Assembly: GCF_009914755.1 (NCBI RefSeq)
Contig: NC_060927.1
DNA from: the human T2T-CHM13v2.0 reference genome, Homo sapiens
Strand: one strand, 5' to 3'
DNA: 64,000 nt
Shown here: positions 31,325-45,150 of the stretch, piece by piece
How the letters are laid out: every line of letters begins with the position of its first letter
How positions within the stretch are numbered: the first letter of the stretch is position 1
The notes under the pieces: generated by a model
What the model saw: the letters and a program-made list of their open reading frames with translations, nothing else
What the model was told of the DNA's origin: nothing
Databases searched by the model: none
Made by a program: the position numbers and the translations under genes

Positions 31325-31651
31325 CTGCGTTTTTGTGGATGTGTCAGTGCTTCTCTAGTAGAGATAATTAATGGAATAATTAATGGAAATCCTGGATCAA
31401 AAGCTAAACACATCTCAAATTTCAACACATTTTGCAAATTGCCCTTCCCAAAAGTCTGTAATCTCACTAGAGTGATGAGAGTTCTTCCCCATCCTTGCCA
31501 ACATTTGATATCATAAAACTTTATAAATTTTGCTAATCAAATGAGCCTCAGCTGGTTTCTCATTGTTATTTAATTTCCATTTTACTGACCACTAGTGACA
31601 TTGAATGCATTTTCTTATGTTTATTGTTCATTCGTTTTTCTACTTCTTTGA

Positions 31652-31981
<330 letters not shown>

Positions 31982-32159
31982 AGGTTCATTTTATTTATCT
32001 GTAGAAGTACTTAATATATTCTGGATATTAATCTTTTGTTGTAAACATTACAAACAGATTCTGTAATCTGTCTCCTTTTAAACTAAATTATGGTGTTTTT
32101 GTGATATAGAAATTTTAAATTCTGATGCTGTCAAATATATTAATATTTTACTGCCCAGA

Positions 32160-32294
32160 TTTTATTTTATTATTTTTTTAGAGGCAGGGTCTTGTTATGT
32201 TGCCTAGTCTGGTCAAACTCCTGGGGCTCAAGCAATCCTCCTGCCTCAGCCTCCTAAATGCTGGGGTTATAGGCACAAGCCACCACTTCCAGCC
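32160..32294 (-). mobile_element. FLAM / Alu left monomer
   Basis: Monomer with poly-T; flanking cagatttt. Confidence 0.85.
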
Positions 32295-33914
32295 CAGATT
32301 TTATAATTTATCTGAAAAAAATCTAATTTTAAAGGTACTTAAAGTAGGATGGTGGCAATGGAATTGGAATCTGCTAAGGAATGTTTAACAACTCACCTTC
32401 TGAAAAAAGAAAATAAAAAGGACTGAGGACTTATAAACATATTCTAGATTTTCCTCCAACTTTTTCACGTTTTGTTTTTAACTTTCAATATTTAATGTAC
32501 CTGGAATTTATTTTTGTGAATGGTAGGAAATCTAATTATTTTCTTTCAAATCGATAGTCAATTATCAAAATTACTGATTTCATTCTTCATCTTTTTTCCA
32601 ATGATTCAACATACCACATTAAAAAGTTTATATACTAAATCCTTATTATACATATGAGTATGTTTAGGATTTTTATCTTTTTGTATCATTTATCTATTTG
32701 TTTATTTCTGCTCTAATGCCACATTATTTTAATTATTAAAAGCAAAATGTTCTATTCTTGGGCATTTTCATATTCAGATAAATTTTAAAATCAGTCTGTC
32801 CTATTCCATGAAAATCTTTGGGGATTTTAATTGGGATTTCTTTGAATTTGTAAATTGATTTAGGGAGATATGTTGAGGACTGCTTTTATGCAGTAAGCAC
32901 ACTAAATTTTTCATAGGTTTCTTAATGTAGGTATTATATATTTCTTGATGATTTATAATGATTAAATAGTTTTTGTTGTTATTGTAAATGAGGTACTTAT
33001 TTTTTTCCCCAATTGGTTATTACTGGTTTATGGTAGAGCTGTAGGTTTATATATATTGATCTTATATTTAGTTACCTTGTTGCAACTTTTTGTCAGTTGA
33101 TTTTCTTGTTTTTTCTTGTTATACAACTATATTACCTATAAAGCTTCTCTCTTTTTTCTTTCTTATTGAATTGGCTACCATTGCTCCAATCATAAAAGTA
33201 TATTCTTTTAATGGTTTTAATATTGGTATTATGCTAACCTCATAATATTATTAAAAAGCTTTTTACTTTTTTCTGTGATCTGGACTTGTTTACATAACAT
33301 AGGAAGTGTAACGTTGAAGGCTTGGCAAAACTCACACGTAAAATCAAATGGACCTGATGCAATTTCAGGGGGAAGACTTTTGATTACCTTTGGTATTTCT
33401 TTTGTGGTTAGCATTCTATTTAGGTTTAAAAGAGGGTTTTCACATTTTTATGTGAATAGATACTTTGGTGGGAGATATCATTTTTTCTTGTGTGAATTTT
33501 AAATTGTGCTACTCTATGACCTGTATGATTTTTTCTTTTTGGAGTTTTGAGGTCTTTGCAGCATGATACATAGTTTCTGTAATTGTGCCATGTGTGTTTG
33601 AACACAAACTGGCTGCAAAATTATCTGTTTATATCTTTAGTTCAAGTATAGTGTTTATGTTATTATGTTTTATCTACTTTATAGATTTCTGAGTGAGGCA
33701 TATAAAAGACTTTTGTTGAATTGATTATGGTTTCTTTGTCCCCTTTTTTGCTAATGTCTTGGTACTTCAGTTCTCCTGGTGGTTACCTTTACATGAAAAA
33801 CAATTTATTTAATTTAATTTTTTAGGAGATGTGGCCCAGATGGCCCAGAACTATCTTTAGAGCCAAGCACCCTGACTCTGTGTACTCTGAATGACTGCAA
33901 AGGGAGTAATTTAA

Positions 33915-34110
33915 TTTCACAAACTTTTAGCAAACACCTGTTTTGTGCTAAGCACTGAGCCAGTCGCTGTTAATTTGGAAGATGAGTGAGGTAGTTCTTA
34001 CCCTAATGAGACTCATAGTCTAATGGAGAGACTGCCAAGTAAACAAATCATAACACCATGGGATAGGTGGTAATAGAGGCACATACACAGTGATGGGAGG
34101 GGACAGACGG
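33915..34110 (-). mobile_element. L2 3' region
   Basis: GCAAACACCTGTTTTGTGCTAAGCACTG...CTCATAGTCTAATGGAG. Confidence 0.6.
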
Positions 34111-34127
34111 TGAGTGTGTGTGGAGTC

Positions 34128-34252
34128 TGTCACATGGCGGTCCTGATGAATTACACCTTCCAGTCTTGTGTAGTTCCCTCCTTTTGAATCTGGACTAGGC
34201 CTGTCACTCATTTCTTGCCAACAGAATGTGGCAGAAATGATACTGTGACTTT
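34128..34252 (+). mobile_element. MLT1F-like 5' fragment
   Basis: TTGAATCTGGACT...GCCAACAGAATGTGGCAGAAATGA. Confidence 0.6.
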
Positions 34253-34397
34253 TCTTTTGTATTTTTAATTCCTTTGCTCTTTTGCACTGCATTCTGAAAG
34301 AATTTCTTGGGAAAGAATTTCTTGGCTTATTAATTGCTCCCCAGCTGTATCCATTATGCTATTTATTTTATTTTCATTCTCCCTCCAAGGTCTCTAA

Positions 34398-34722
<325 letters not shown>

Positions 34723-34734
34723 TGGTTCTTTTCT

Positions 34735-35064
34735 ATTTCTTTATTTCTTTTTTCTTCCTTTCTTTCTTTCTTTCTTTTTTTTTTTTGACAGAGTCTCGCT
34801 CTGTTGCCCAGGCTGGAGTGCAGTGGCACGATCTTGGCTCACTGCAACCTCCGCCTCCTGCGTTCAAGCAATTCTGTGCCTCAGCCTCTCGAGTAGCTGG
34901 GATTACAGGTGCCCACCACCATGCCTGGCTAATTTTTGTATTTTTAGTAGAGATGGGGGTTTCACCATCTTGGTGAGGCTGGCCTTGAACTCTTGACCTC
35001 ATGATCCACCTGCCTCTGCCTCCCAAAGTGCTGGGATTACAGGCATGAGCCACCGCGCCCAGCC
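34735..35064 (-). mobile_element. AluSg-like
   Basis: GACCTCATGATCC; (CTTT)n tail. Confidence 0.9.
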
Positions 35065-36480
35065 AGGTCCTTTTCTCAATGCTTCTTTTAATGTTTCTCT
35101 GTGTTTTTTCCATTAACTTTGTTTCCTTGGGTGTTTGTTCTGTTTGTTGAGTTTAGTATTTTTGTTTCCTGATATTAGATTTCTGCAAATATTGGAATGT
35201 GATTGCTTCAGTACTGATCTGGATATTTGAAATTTCCTATTAGCCCATCTGTGAATACTGCATTTATTTATGTCATGATGTATCTAATGGGGAGAGGTAA
35301 GATGTGATGCATGGGATGCTAGTACCACCCAGTTATCTGATGGTGAGGTCCCATGCTACTTCTGAGTCTCTCCAGCTGCCTCAGGTACTATGTGGTCCAT
35401 TTCACCCAAGCGTCCACCCCTCTGCATCCCTCTGTTTGGCTCAGGTGGTGTGGGGCGAACCACCTGTTTGCCCTTACTTGCTATCCTCACAGGCATGTCA
35501 TCCATTGCTTCAGCCCCACCCCATTTCGCTCTGCTCATTGTTTTTTTGCCACCTCTAAGCTTTGACATCTCCTGGGGCCACTCTCATCTTTACAGAAGCC
35601 CCTTTCCCATGCATAAATTGTTGGGTCTTCCTCCTTTGATCTGATTGCATTTGCTTTCTATCTTTTTTTCCTGAGATGCTCACCTTTAGGAAAAATGACT
35701 TGGAATAAAAATATAACCTGGAATTGAAAGCTGGCATGACAGGTAGGAAATAATTGTTCACTTCAGCCCAGAATTCAGAGCTGTTAAGATCATTTTGAAA
35801 TTTGAGTGCAATAGAAATAAATGTAGGGCCTGGAATTTAACTTTAAAAGTACAATTATACCAGCATAAAATGGAGAAAACCCAGTTTGGTAGCAATTCAT
35901 AAAAAAAAATCTTGAGCATTTGGTTTATTACAAGCTTTAAAGGGTGTGATACAAGCCTGTTGATGATTACTAAAAAAGGCAATTCAATCTTATGTTCCAC
36001 TGTGAAAGGTGAAACATCTTTTTTATATGTTTAATAACATCTATTTGTATGTCTTTTACTAAGAAATGTTTGTTGATATCCTTTTATTTTATTGAAATGT
36101 TGATGTTAATCTTTTTCATGTTGATTTGTAAGAGCTTTATATGTAGGTCCCCTTTGCTGTCACATATGTTGTATATGTTTTCCTACTTGGTGATCCGAAA
36201 TTTTGTTTATGGTAACTTTTGCCTTTTAGATGCTTAATGCTTTGTTTGACTTGTAGTCAAATCTGTAAATACATTGTGTCATATTTTAAAAAGACTTCTT
36301 CCCTCCAGGATTATAAAATAGGCTTCTATATTTTCTTCTAGTATTTTTTATAGTTTTATGTTTAAATCTTTTATCCACCCGAAATCTATTTTTACACATG
36401 TGTAAGATTCTATCTTTATTCTTTTCTAGATGTATAACAAACTGCTCTAATGTTTTTAAGATTTTTGTGCCTATATATAG

Positions 36481-36619
36481 TTTTTATTTATTTATTTTTT
36501 TTAAGAGATGGAGTCTTGCTATGTTGCCCAGGTTGGTCTCAAACTCCTGGCCTCAAGCTATCCTCCTGCCTCGGTCTCCCAAAGTGCTGGGATTACAGGC
36601 ATGAGCCGCTGTGCTGGCC
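36481..36619 (-). mobile_element. FLAM_C
   Basis: GTCTTGCTATGTTGCCCAGG...CCTCAAG monomer. Confidence 0.85.
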
Positions 36620-36789
36620 TGTGTCTGTATTCATAATTGAGGTTCTTCTGTACCTTCCATTTGCGTGCTATCTTTGTCAGGTATAGTAAGAGTATTATGC
36701 TTGCTTTGAAAAATGAATGGGGAGGATTTTTATGGAAAAACAGAAAGGAAAATATGCTGACATGAAGTAAACCTCTCATCCCTCTCTTC

Positions 36790-37052
36790 TGCTTAAAAAT
36801 CCATCAGTGATATTCCCCTGCCCTCAGGATAAGCCAGTATTTTCTGGCTTGGTTTCAAGGCCCTTATCTGCCCCTCTTTTCTCTGCAGCCTTGTCTCTCT
36901 CTGTATCTTGCCTTGCCTCCTACCTTCCATTGGCATAATAAGCATTGTGAGGGGCAGGATTTTTGTGGTGTTTTGTTCTCTGCTGTACCTCCAGCACCTA
37001 GAACCATAACGTGCCTGGCACATTGTAGGTATTGGTAAATATTTGTTGTAGA
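36790..37052 (+). mobile_element. L2 fragments
   Basis: GTGAGGGGCAGG...CAGCACCTAGAAC..GTGCCTGGCACATTGTAGG. Confidence 0.7.
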
Positions 37053-37265
37053 AATAGCCTGCAATTCTTGGAAAAAAGCACCACTTTCTCCTCCAGACTT
37101 CCACACGAGCTCTTCTCTGTCTCTAGTACCTTCTCCCCAACTCGGTGCTTGGAAAAGCCTATTTGTCTTTTAGGATTCAATGTAGATACCGCTCACTCTG
37201 AGGAAATCCTCTCCAACCTTGGTTAGGTACCCACAGAATATCACTATTGTGGTGCTAATCATGTA

Positions 37266-37732
37266 TTTTATTTATTTATTTATTATTATTATACTTTAAG
37301 TTCTGGGACACATGTGCAGAACGTGCAAGTTTGTCACATGGGAATACATGTGCCATGGTGGTTTGCTGCACCCATCAACCCGTCATCTACATTAGGTATT
37401 CCTCCTAATGCTATCCCTTTCCTGGCCCCCCACCTCCCGACAGGCTCCAGTGTATGATGTTCTCCTCCCTGTGTCCATATGTTCTCATTGTTCAACTCCC
37501 ACTTATGAGTGAGAACATGCAGTGTTTGGTTTTCTGTTCCTGTGTTAGTTTGCCGAGGATGATGGTTTCCAGCTTCATCCATGTCCCTGCAAAGGACATG
37601 AACTAATTCTTTTTTATGGCTGCATAGTATTCCATGGTATATATGTGCTACATTTTCTTTATCCAGTCTATCATCGATGGGCATTTGGGTGGGTTCCAAG
37701 TCTTTGATATTGTAAATAGTAGTGCAGTAAAC
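37266..37732 (-). mobile_element. L1PA7/8-like 3' end
   Basis: TATACTTTAAGTTCTGGG..CATGTGCAGAACGTGCA; GGTTTGCTGCACCCATCAACCCGTC. Confidence 0.9.
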
Positions 37733-37744
37733 GGTAAACCCATC

Positions 37745-37890
37745 CTCATGTGACTCTCACAATCACCCTGTGAGCTGGACACTGATCCCATTTTATAGTT
37801 GGATAAACTGAGGCTTCAGAGAGATGACATTTGCTCATGGCACACAGCTAGGACGAACTGGAAAGGCCTGGACTAGAACCTGGACTGTTT
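37745..37890 (-). mobile_element. MIR
   Basis: CCCATTTTATAG..AAACTGAGGCT..CACACAGCTAG. Confidence 0.75.
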
Positions 37891-38198
37891 CTACAGGCTT
37901 TGAAGACCTGTTCTATGATGCCACAGAATCTCTTAGATGCTGCAAATAATTTTTTTTTTGAGAAGGAAACTTTGAAATTTAATTTATGCAAACAAGTAAC
38001 TTTGGTTTTCAGGTGTTAACTTTTGGTTTCACATTTTTCCTTTTTCTTCCTTTTAATAACCACTATTGAGGTATGAATGACATAAAAATGTGCATATTTA
38101 ATGTATACAATGTTTAAAAATTACCTGCACTTGGCTTCTCATCTGTCTACACCAAGATGGTAGAGAAGAGATTATTTCATCCTTCACATTTGATTCAG

Positions 38199-38262
38199 CT
38201 TTCTATTCTAATACCTAGGATTCTACTTACTGCAGAATCTAAAGAGGTATTAGAATAGAAAG
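38199..38262. repeat. Inverted repeat / 64-nt hairpin
   Basis: ctttctattctaatacct pairs perfectly with aggtattagaatagaaag (18 bp); inner gattct/agaatc. Confidence 0.9.
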
Positions 38263-38271
38263 GTGTTTAGT

Positions 38272-38406
38272 GGACGGGCATGGTGGCTCATGTCTGTAAT
38301 CTCAGCACTCTAGGAGGCTGAGGCAGGAGGATTGCTTGAGCCCAAAAGTTCGAGACCAGCCTGGGCAACATAGCAATTCCCACCTCTTTAAAAAAGAAAA
38401 GAAAAA
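38272..38406 (+). mobile_element. FLAM_C
   Basis: Monomer; TSD agaaaggtgtttag. Confidence 0.9.
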
Positions 38407-39151
38407 GAAAGGTGTTTAGCAGCCTGCCAGGCCAGGCATCACAGTCTGACAAAGAATTCAACACACTCCTCTCAACTGAGTCAAATCTACCCTGAAGTGT
38501 ATGTATATGGAAATGTATAAATGCGTAGAGATGCCTACCATGAGTGTAAAAGGAATAAGATATTAATTAGTTTTTGCTGGATTATGAGAATAGGAAAAAA
38601 TCTGAGAACAGAATAAACTGTTGTTAATCTGCTGAAACAAAAAATGTAATTATGCTTTCTGGATGAGGCTTTCTCCTTGGTGTCAAGTAGGTACAGAATG
38701 CATTCCTTTTCAAAAAAGGTTGCTAAGGAAAGAGAGGAACCCTTCCTTTTGCCCATTGCTGACTGAATATAAAGTCTGTGGAATGGAATTTTGCCTAATC
38801 AGCCTTGCTTTCTAAGCTTTCACACAATCAGCAGTGTTGGCTTCTTCTGAGGCCTCATTTTAATCTTCATAGATTTCTGGAAACTGAAGCTTTGCCCAGA
38901 CTGAGACAAGCAACTCTACCCTTTCAAACGTTAGTTTATTTCTTATTTTGGGTTAACTATTTCCAAACATAAACCACTTCCCGTACTGCTTGTCCTCATA
39001 TAAGGGTTTATAATTCTCTCATAGAGGGTTTTACATGAAAATGTCCATATGTCATAGTTTTAGAAAACAATATTTTGAGCAGTGAGATGCGAATGGGTTG
39101 TATCCAAGTCCTGTTACAGTTGGAGAATTCGACTTTTAAAGTATAACTGTT

Positions 39152-39310
39152 AGAGGCAGCGTGGCAGAGTGGCTAAAAGTGTGGACTCTGTTGTCAGGCA
39201 GACTGGAGTTTGAATCTCATTTTTGTTAATTTATTTTTATCTTTTATTAACCTTTACTAAGTGATTTATCCTCTCTGAGACTCAGTTTCATTACCTGGAA
39301 AATGGAGGTA
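39152..39310 (+). mobile_element. MIR
   Basis: GGCAGCGTGGCAGAGTGG...CTCTCTGAGACTCAGTTTC. Confidence 0.75.
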
Positions 39311-39384
39311 ACTGGTGTTTCCTGTTGATTCACTTTTTAACATGAGGTAAAACTTATTTTACAAATTAAATGGCTTTGAGTACC

Positions 39385-39766
39385 TTTCCTCCAATTTCTG
39401 TGAAAAGCATCCATGGCTAGACTCTGCCTTTCTAGAGCATTGCTCTCTTCTTCTCCTCCCTGCTCTGCCTCTAGGCTGACCTCTAAGGCCTTTGTAGCCA
39501 ATGGGAAGCATCAGTGGGATTTGCAGGGTCGCAGGGAGTGCAGTCAACAGGTGTTTCCCACCCTTCTCTAGATTCTGATAACTACTCTCTTCCCTTGCCT
39601 GTTTTGGGTGCTAAGAGTAAATGACCCCAGCTAATCCAGATTATGTAAACTTTCTTGGTTTCCATTAAACCCACCTGACTCCTTATAAATAGTGCCTTTA
39701 TTAAGCCCTCCTCAGTCTCTCCATCTGAGGTGCTCTTAGTTTCCTGCTGAGAGCCTGAGAGATGCA
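39385..39766 (+). mobile_element. LTR33-family LTR
   Basis: GCCAATGGGAAGCATCAG...AAATAGTGCCTTTATTAAGCCCTC...TTTCCTGCTG. Confidence 0.6.
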
Positions 39767-41044
39767 AGCCTTTCTCCCTGAGGTTCCTTCGGTTCCTACT
39801 TGCTTACCATGGCCAGGTACTGTGCTGTTACCATTCTTGTATCGTGTCAAAACCTAAGTGCTTTAGGTTCACCACTTTAGTCAAAGCAAGAATCTACTAA
39901 AATATCAGAATATGGGGAAAAGGCTCCCCTTTTCCTATTTTCCCAACATTTGGGTGAGCTGCTCTCGGTACGGTCTTCCTGTGGGCTTCTGCTTCCAGGA
40001 GCAGTGTAGTTGGGTCATGTCTCTTCTTCGTTTCTCAATTCCAGCATAAAAAACAACTCCCAACCTTCCTTTCTGCCTCGCCTTCCAAGACTCAAGTGCA
40101 TTTCTGCCAGAAACCAAATTAGTAAAACACCTGCCTGTAGTAATGGCTTTCCCAGTTAATCTTACTGTTATTCATTGGTTCCTGTTGTGTCCCAGGTACT
40201 GTGCTTCTGAAAATAAACCACTGGCCTATGTTTTGTTATTGCACTATTTTATCCATCTGAATTAAGCTGCCACAGACTGTTCTATATTTCTGGCTTGTTA
40301 TTTCAAGCCAGAATGATGTTCTAAAAAGTTGATGAATTATACTCAGAAGAAAATTAATCAGTAGATTAGAAGACAGGATAATTAGTTAATAAAATAAAGC
40401 AACAAAAGAGAGGAAAGGAAATTGATTTCAACTGGAGTTAGTCAAAGGGTAGCAAAAACACATTTTGAGCCTTGAGTATGTTCATTTTTGTCTGGTTAGA
40501 ATTTTTAATGCTGTTTTTATAGTAATTGTTTTGTTGAGTTTTATTTTCTGGGAGTTAAATTGCAGATTGGATGATGTATTATGAATCAAGAAACTGAAAA
40601 CTGAGTGTTGTTTAGACAGTTGATACTTATGAAGCTGATTTTTGTTGTTTTAAACTTGTCTGAAGCACACTTTTACGATTGAATAAGATACCTGTGGGGA
40701 TTGATGGAAAATATTTGCAAAGTGTTTTGTCCTTAGAGCAAAGCCTTTTTATTGGTGGAGGCATTAGTTGTAATGCTCCTTAATGCAAGACTGGTGTGGA
40801 CCCAGTGTCTTAATTTTGGCCTAAGAATTCATTATGCTAGACTCTCCGGTAGCATTGACACTAGGAATATTGGGTTTAATGAACTTTTAACAAACTAGGC
40901 AGCATCCAGAGATGAGAAAGTACCTCTTGGCCCTTTGAAAATTTCTCCAGGAATCCTGGGCAGCACTGAACTCAGTCATTCTTTACCACTCGAAACATTT
41001 CCAGCCTGTAATGGTATTTTTTAGTGCTTTACTTTGAGCTCCAA

Positions 41045-41285
41045 AGTACAGCGGCACACATATGGACTTTGAAATTAACAAACTTGGGTTCAAATGCTGG
41101 TTCTGCCTTTTACTAGCTGTGTGATCATAGGAGGTAATACTTAATTTCCCTGAGCCTTGATTTACTCATTTGCAGCATGGGGATCATGGTGCCTACATTG
41201 AAGGCTTGTTTTAAGAATTAGAGTCAATGACAGTCAAGTTCCTCATATGGTGCCTGGCACAGAGTCAATACTACATATATGACAG
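41045..41285 (+). mobile_element. MIR
   Basis: GGGTTCAAATGCTGGTTCTGCC..TACTAGCTGTGTGA..GTGCCTGGCACAGAG. Confidence 0.8.
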
Positions 41286-41691
41286 ATGTTGTTGTGATTA
41301 TCCTTATACTCTATTTCCCTACATTTTGTTTTGATGTTTAAATGCTGTATCTCTGAAGACAGCACATGCTGTAAGGATCAGAATCTAGGTACGCATTTGG
41401 GATAGAATGAATAATTGTTGAATTAAATCAGATGAGTCTCTTTCATTCTAATGTAATCTCCAACATCCCATCTAATATCAGCCGTTCAAAACAGTCTGTG
41501 AACTACTCCTTATGGACAAGTGGAGTCAGCCTGGGTGCAGGAGTCTTAGGTGTGCAGCCGTGTTTATGGATGAAGATCTGTCTGCAGGTGTCTAGGTAAG
41601 AGGAGATAGGACAGCCATGGGAAGGACAGGGTTGTCTTCCAGGAGTGAGGCTCATCCGGGTCAATCTTCTCCCACCTGCCTCTGAGCATGA

Positions 41692-44580
41692 CTGCTTTAA
41701 TCCATTTTGAACTGATTTTGTATGTGGTGAGAAGTAGGTGTCTACCTTTATTCTTCTGCATGTGGATATTCAGTTTCCCCAGCACCATTCATTGAAGAGA
41801 CTATCCTTGCTCCATTGTGTGCTCTTGGCATCCCTCTTGAAAATCACTTGATCATAAAGGCATGGACTTATTTCTGGGCACTTTATTCTGTTCCATTGGT
41901 CTATGTGTCTGTTTTTATGCCAGCATCATGCTGGTTTGTTTACTATAGCTTTGTAATATATTTCAAAGCCAAGAAATGTGATGCTTCTGGCTTTGTTCTT
42001 TTTGCTGAGAATTTCTTTGGTTATTCTGGCTCTTTTTTTTGTTCCATATACATTTTTAGGATTTTTTTTCCTATTTCTGTGAAAAACACCATTGGAATTT
42101 TGATAGGGATTGCATTAGTTTGAAGATCACATTGAGTAGTATGGACATTTTAACAATATTAATTCTTCCAATCTATTAGCATGAGATAGCTTTCTTCTTT
42201 TTTTCCATGGGGTAACATAGTTAACATGGGACATCTTTCTATTTACTTGTGTCTTCTTCACTTTATTTCATAAATATTTTATAGCTTTCAGTGCATAGGT
42301 CTTTCACTTCCTTGGTTAAATTTATTCTTAAGTACAGTTGACTCTTGAACAACATGGGGGGTTGGGGTGCTGACCCCCGGTACAGTTGAAAACCCCTGTA
42401 TAATATTTGAATCCCCCAATACTTAACTACTAATAGCCTACTGTTGACCAGAAGCCTTACTAATAACATAAACAGCATATATTCAGTATGTTAAATGTAT
42501 TATTTACTGTATTCTTACAATAAAGTAGGCTAGAGAAAAGAAAATGTTAAGAAAATCATAAGAAAGAGAACGTATATTTACTGTTCATTAAATGGAAGTA
42601 GAGCATCAAAGGTCTTCATCCTTGTCATCTTCATGTTGAGTAGGCTGAGGAGGAGGATGATGAGGAGGAGAGGTTAGACTTGCTGTCTCAGAAGTGGCAG
42701 AGGCAGAAGAAAATCTACATATAAGTGGACTTGGACAGTTGAAACCTGTTTTGTTCAAGGATCAACTGTATTTATCTTTTTTGGTAACTATTATAAATGG
42801 GATTGTTTCATTGTTTTCTTTTTTAGATAGCTTGTTGTTAGTGTATATAGTGTATAAAGCTACTTTTTTTGTATGTTGATTTTGTATACTCCAACTTTGC
42901 TGAATTTATTAGTTCTAATAGTTTTTTAATGGTGTCTTTAATGTTTTTTGTATATAATATTATCTCATCTGAAAACAGGGATAATTTAACTTTTTTTCCT
43001 TCCAGTTTGGATGCCTTTAATTTTTTTCTCTTGTCTAATTTCTCTGACTAGGACTTCCAGTACTATGTTGAATATAAATGTTGAGAGTGGGCATGCTCAT
43101 CTTGTTCCTGATTTTAGAGGAAAAGCTGTCAACTTTTCACCACTGAATGTAATAGCTATGGGCTTGTCATATATGGCCTTTATTGTATTGAGATACATTT
43201 ATACCTAATTTATTGAGAGCTTCTAATCATGAAAAGATACTGAACTCTGTCAAATGCTTTTTCTGCATCTGTTGAGATGATCATATGGTTTTTGTCCTTT
43301 ATTCTGTTAATGTGGTATATCACCTTTAGAGATTTACATATGTTGAACCCTCCTCGCACCCCTGGGATAAATCCCACTTGATCATGGTGAATTATCCCTT
43401 TAAAATGCTGTTGAGTTCAGTTTGCTAGTATTTTTTTGAGAATTTTGCATCTATGTTCACCAAAGATATTGGCCTGTACTTTTCTTTAGTGTCCTTTTCT
43501 TTTGGTTTTGGTATAAGGTAATGCTTGCCTCGTAAAATGAATTTAGAAGTATTCTCTCCTCTACAATTATTTTGGAAGAGTTTGAGAAGGATTGGTATTA
43601 GTTCTACCTCAAATGTTTGGTAGAATTCAGAAGTGAAGCCATCAGGTCCTGGGATTTTTTTTGATAGACTGCTTTTTATTACTGATTCAATCTCCTTACT
43701 CACTATTGGTTGGTTCAGATTTTCTAGTTCTTTATGATTCAGTCTTGGTTGGGTATACGTGTCTAGGAATTTATGCATTTCTTCTAGGTTATTCAATTTG
43801 GGGTGTATAATTGTTCATAGTAATCTCTTATAATCAAATTTCTGCAGTATCAATTGTAATGTCTTTCAGTCTGATTTTGAGTTGTCTCCCTTTTATTCGT
43901 AGTCTAGCTAAAGTTTTGTCAATTTTTTTATTTTTTCAAAAAGCCAATTCTTAGCTTCACTGATCTTTTCTATAGTTTTTCTAGTCTCAATTTCTTTTAT
44001 TTCTGCTTTGATCTTTATTATTTCCTTCCTTCTACTAACTTTGTGCTTAGTTTTTTCTTCTTTTTCTGGTTCCTTGAGGTGTCATGTTAGGTTGTTTATT
44101 TGAGATCTTTCTTCTTTTTTTATGTAGGTGTTTATTACTATAAACTTCCCTCTTAGAACTGCTTTTGCTGCATCTAATAAGTTTTGGTATGTTGTGTGTC
44201 TATTTTTGTCTTAAGATATTCTAAAAATTTTTCTTTTAATTTCTTCTTTGACCCATTGGTTATTTGGGAACATGTTGTTTAATTTCCATGTGTATGTAAA
44301 TTTTCCAAAATTCCTCTGTTATTGATTTCCAGTTCTATACCATTGTAGTTGGAAAAGATACTTGATATGGTTTCAGCCCTCTTAAATTTGTTCGGGCTTG
44401 TTTTGTGGCCCAGCATATGATCTAGCCTAGAGAACGTTCTATGTACACTTGAGAAGAATGTGCATTCTGCTATTAGATGAAGGGTTCTGTATATATTTGT
44501 TAGGTCAATTTGGCATTAAATATAATTTAAGTTTGATGTTTCCGTATTGATTTTATCTCTGGATGACTTCTTGTCCATTG
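41692..44580 (-). mobile_element. L1M ORF2 region (decayed), split by Tigger2a
   Basis: ORF 43425-43796 (NLEEMHKFLDTY..PGPDGFTSEFYQTF..YRPISL) is L1 ORF2; frameshifted. Confidence 0.92.
42335..42768 (-). mobile_element. Tigger2a (MER28)
   Basis: TIRs CAGTTGACTCTTGAACAA / TTGTTCAAGGATCAACTG; TA TSD; 434 bp. Confidence 0.9.
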
Positions 44581-44779
44581 AAAAGCCAAATATTTTTAAC
44601 CCTTTGGTCTCTGTATTGCTCCTCTTTAGTCTCCTTTGATCTTGAACAGTTCCTCCGTCTTTCTTTGTCTTTTACAACTTTATTGCTTTGTTTCCTATTC
44701 TTTAGTTGTTGATGACCTTGTCTTCTTTCTCCAGTACACAGGGCCTAGCTTTCTAGCCTAAGAATTTGTATTACTATTT

Positions 44780-45150
44780 TAATGGAATACTATACAGCAA
44801 GGAAAATTAATAAACTAATATATGCATCAATATGATAAATCTCAAAAACATAACATTGAGCCCCTTTAAATTAGAAAGATAAACTAGAGAGTGATATATA
44901 TTGATGTAAATATAAAAAGCAAAACGAAATAACATATTGCTTAGAAATACATAGGTGTTAACAGTTATGAGGAAAAGCATAGACATAAATAATATAAAAT
45001 TTTGCATGGTAGACTCTAATTAGGGAGTGGAGGGAGGGAGGAGAGCAGAGAGAAGGGGAATTGAATTAGGATGGTGTACATAAGAGTATGATTGTTTTGT
45101 TTTATTAACCTGGGTTTTGGGTAAAGAGGAGTTCCTTTTATTATTAACTT
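44780..45150 (+). mobile_element. L1ME 3' end
   Basis: AATGGAATACTATACAGCAA...AATCTCAAAAACATAACATTGAG. Confidence 0.7.

Noticed and set aside
30560-31467. Longest ORFs (209 and 213 aa)
   Set aside because: They lie in the GC-rich, stop-poor MER52 LTR, overlap on both strands and show no retroviral protein motifs
34297-34326. 15-bp tandem repeat gaaagaatttcttgg x2
   Set aside because: Ordinary slippage duplication; not an array
43425-43796. Reverse-transcriptase-related ORF
   Set aside because: Frameshifted remnant of an old L1 ORF2 interrupted by Tigger2a; not a functional gene
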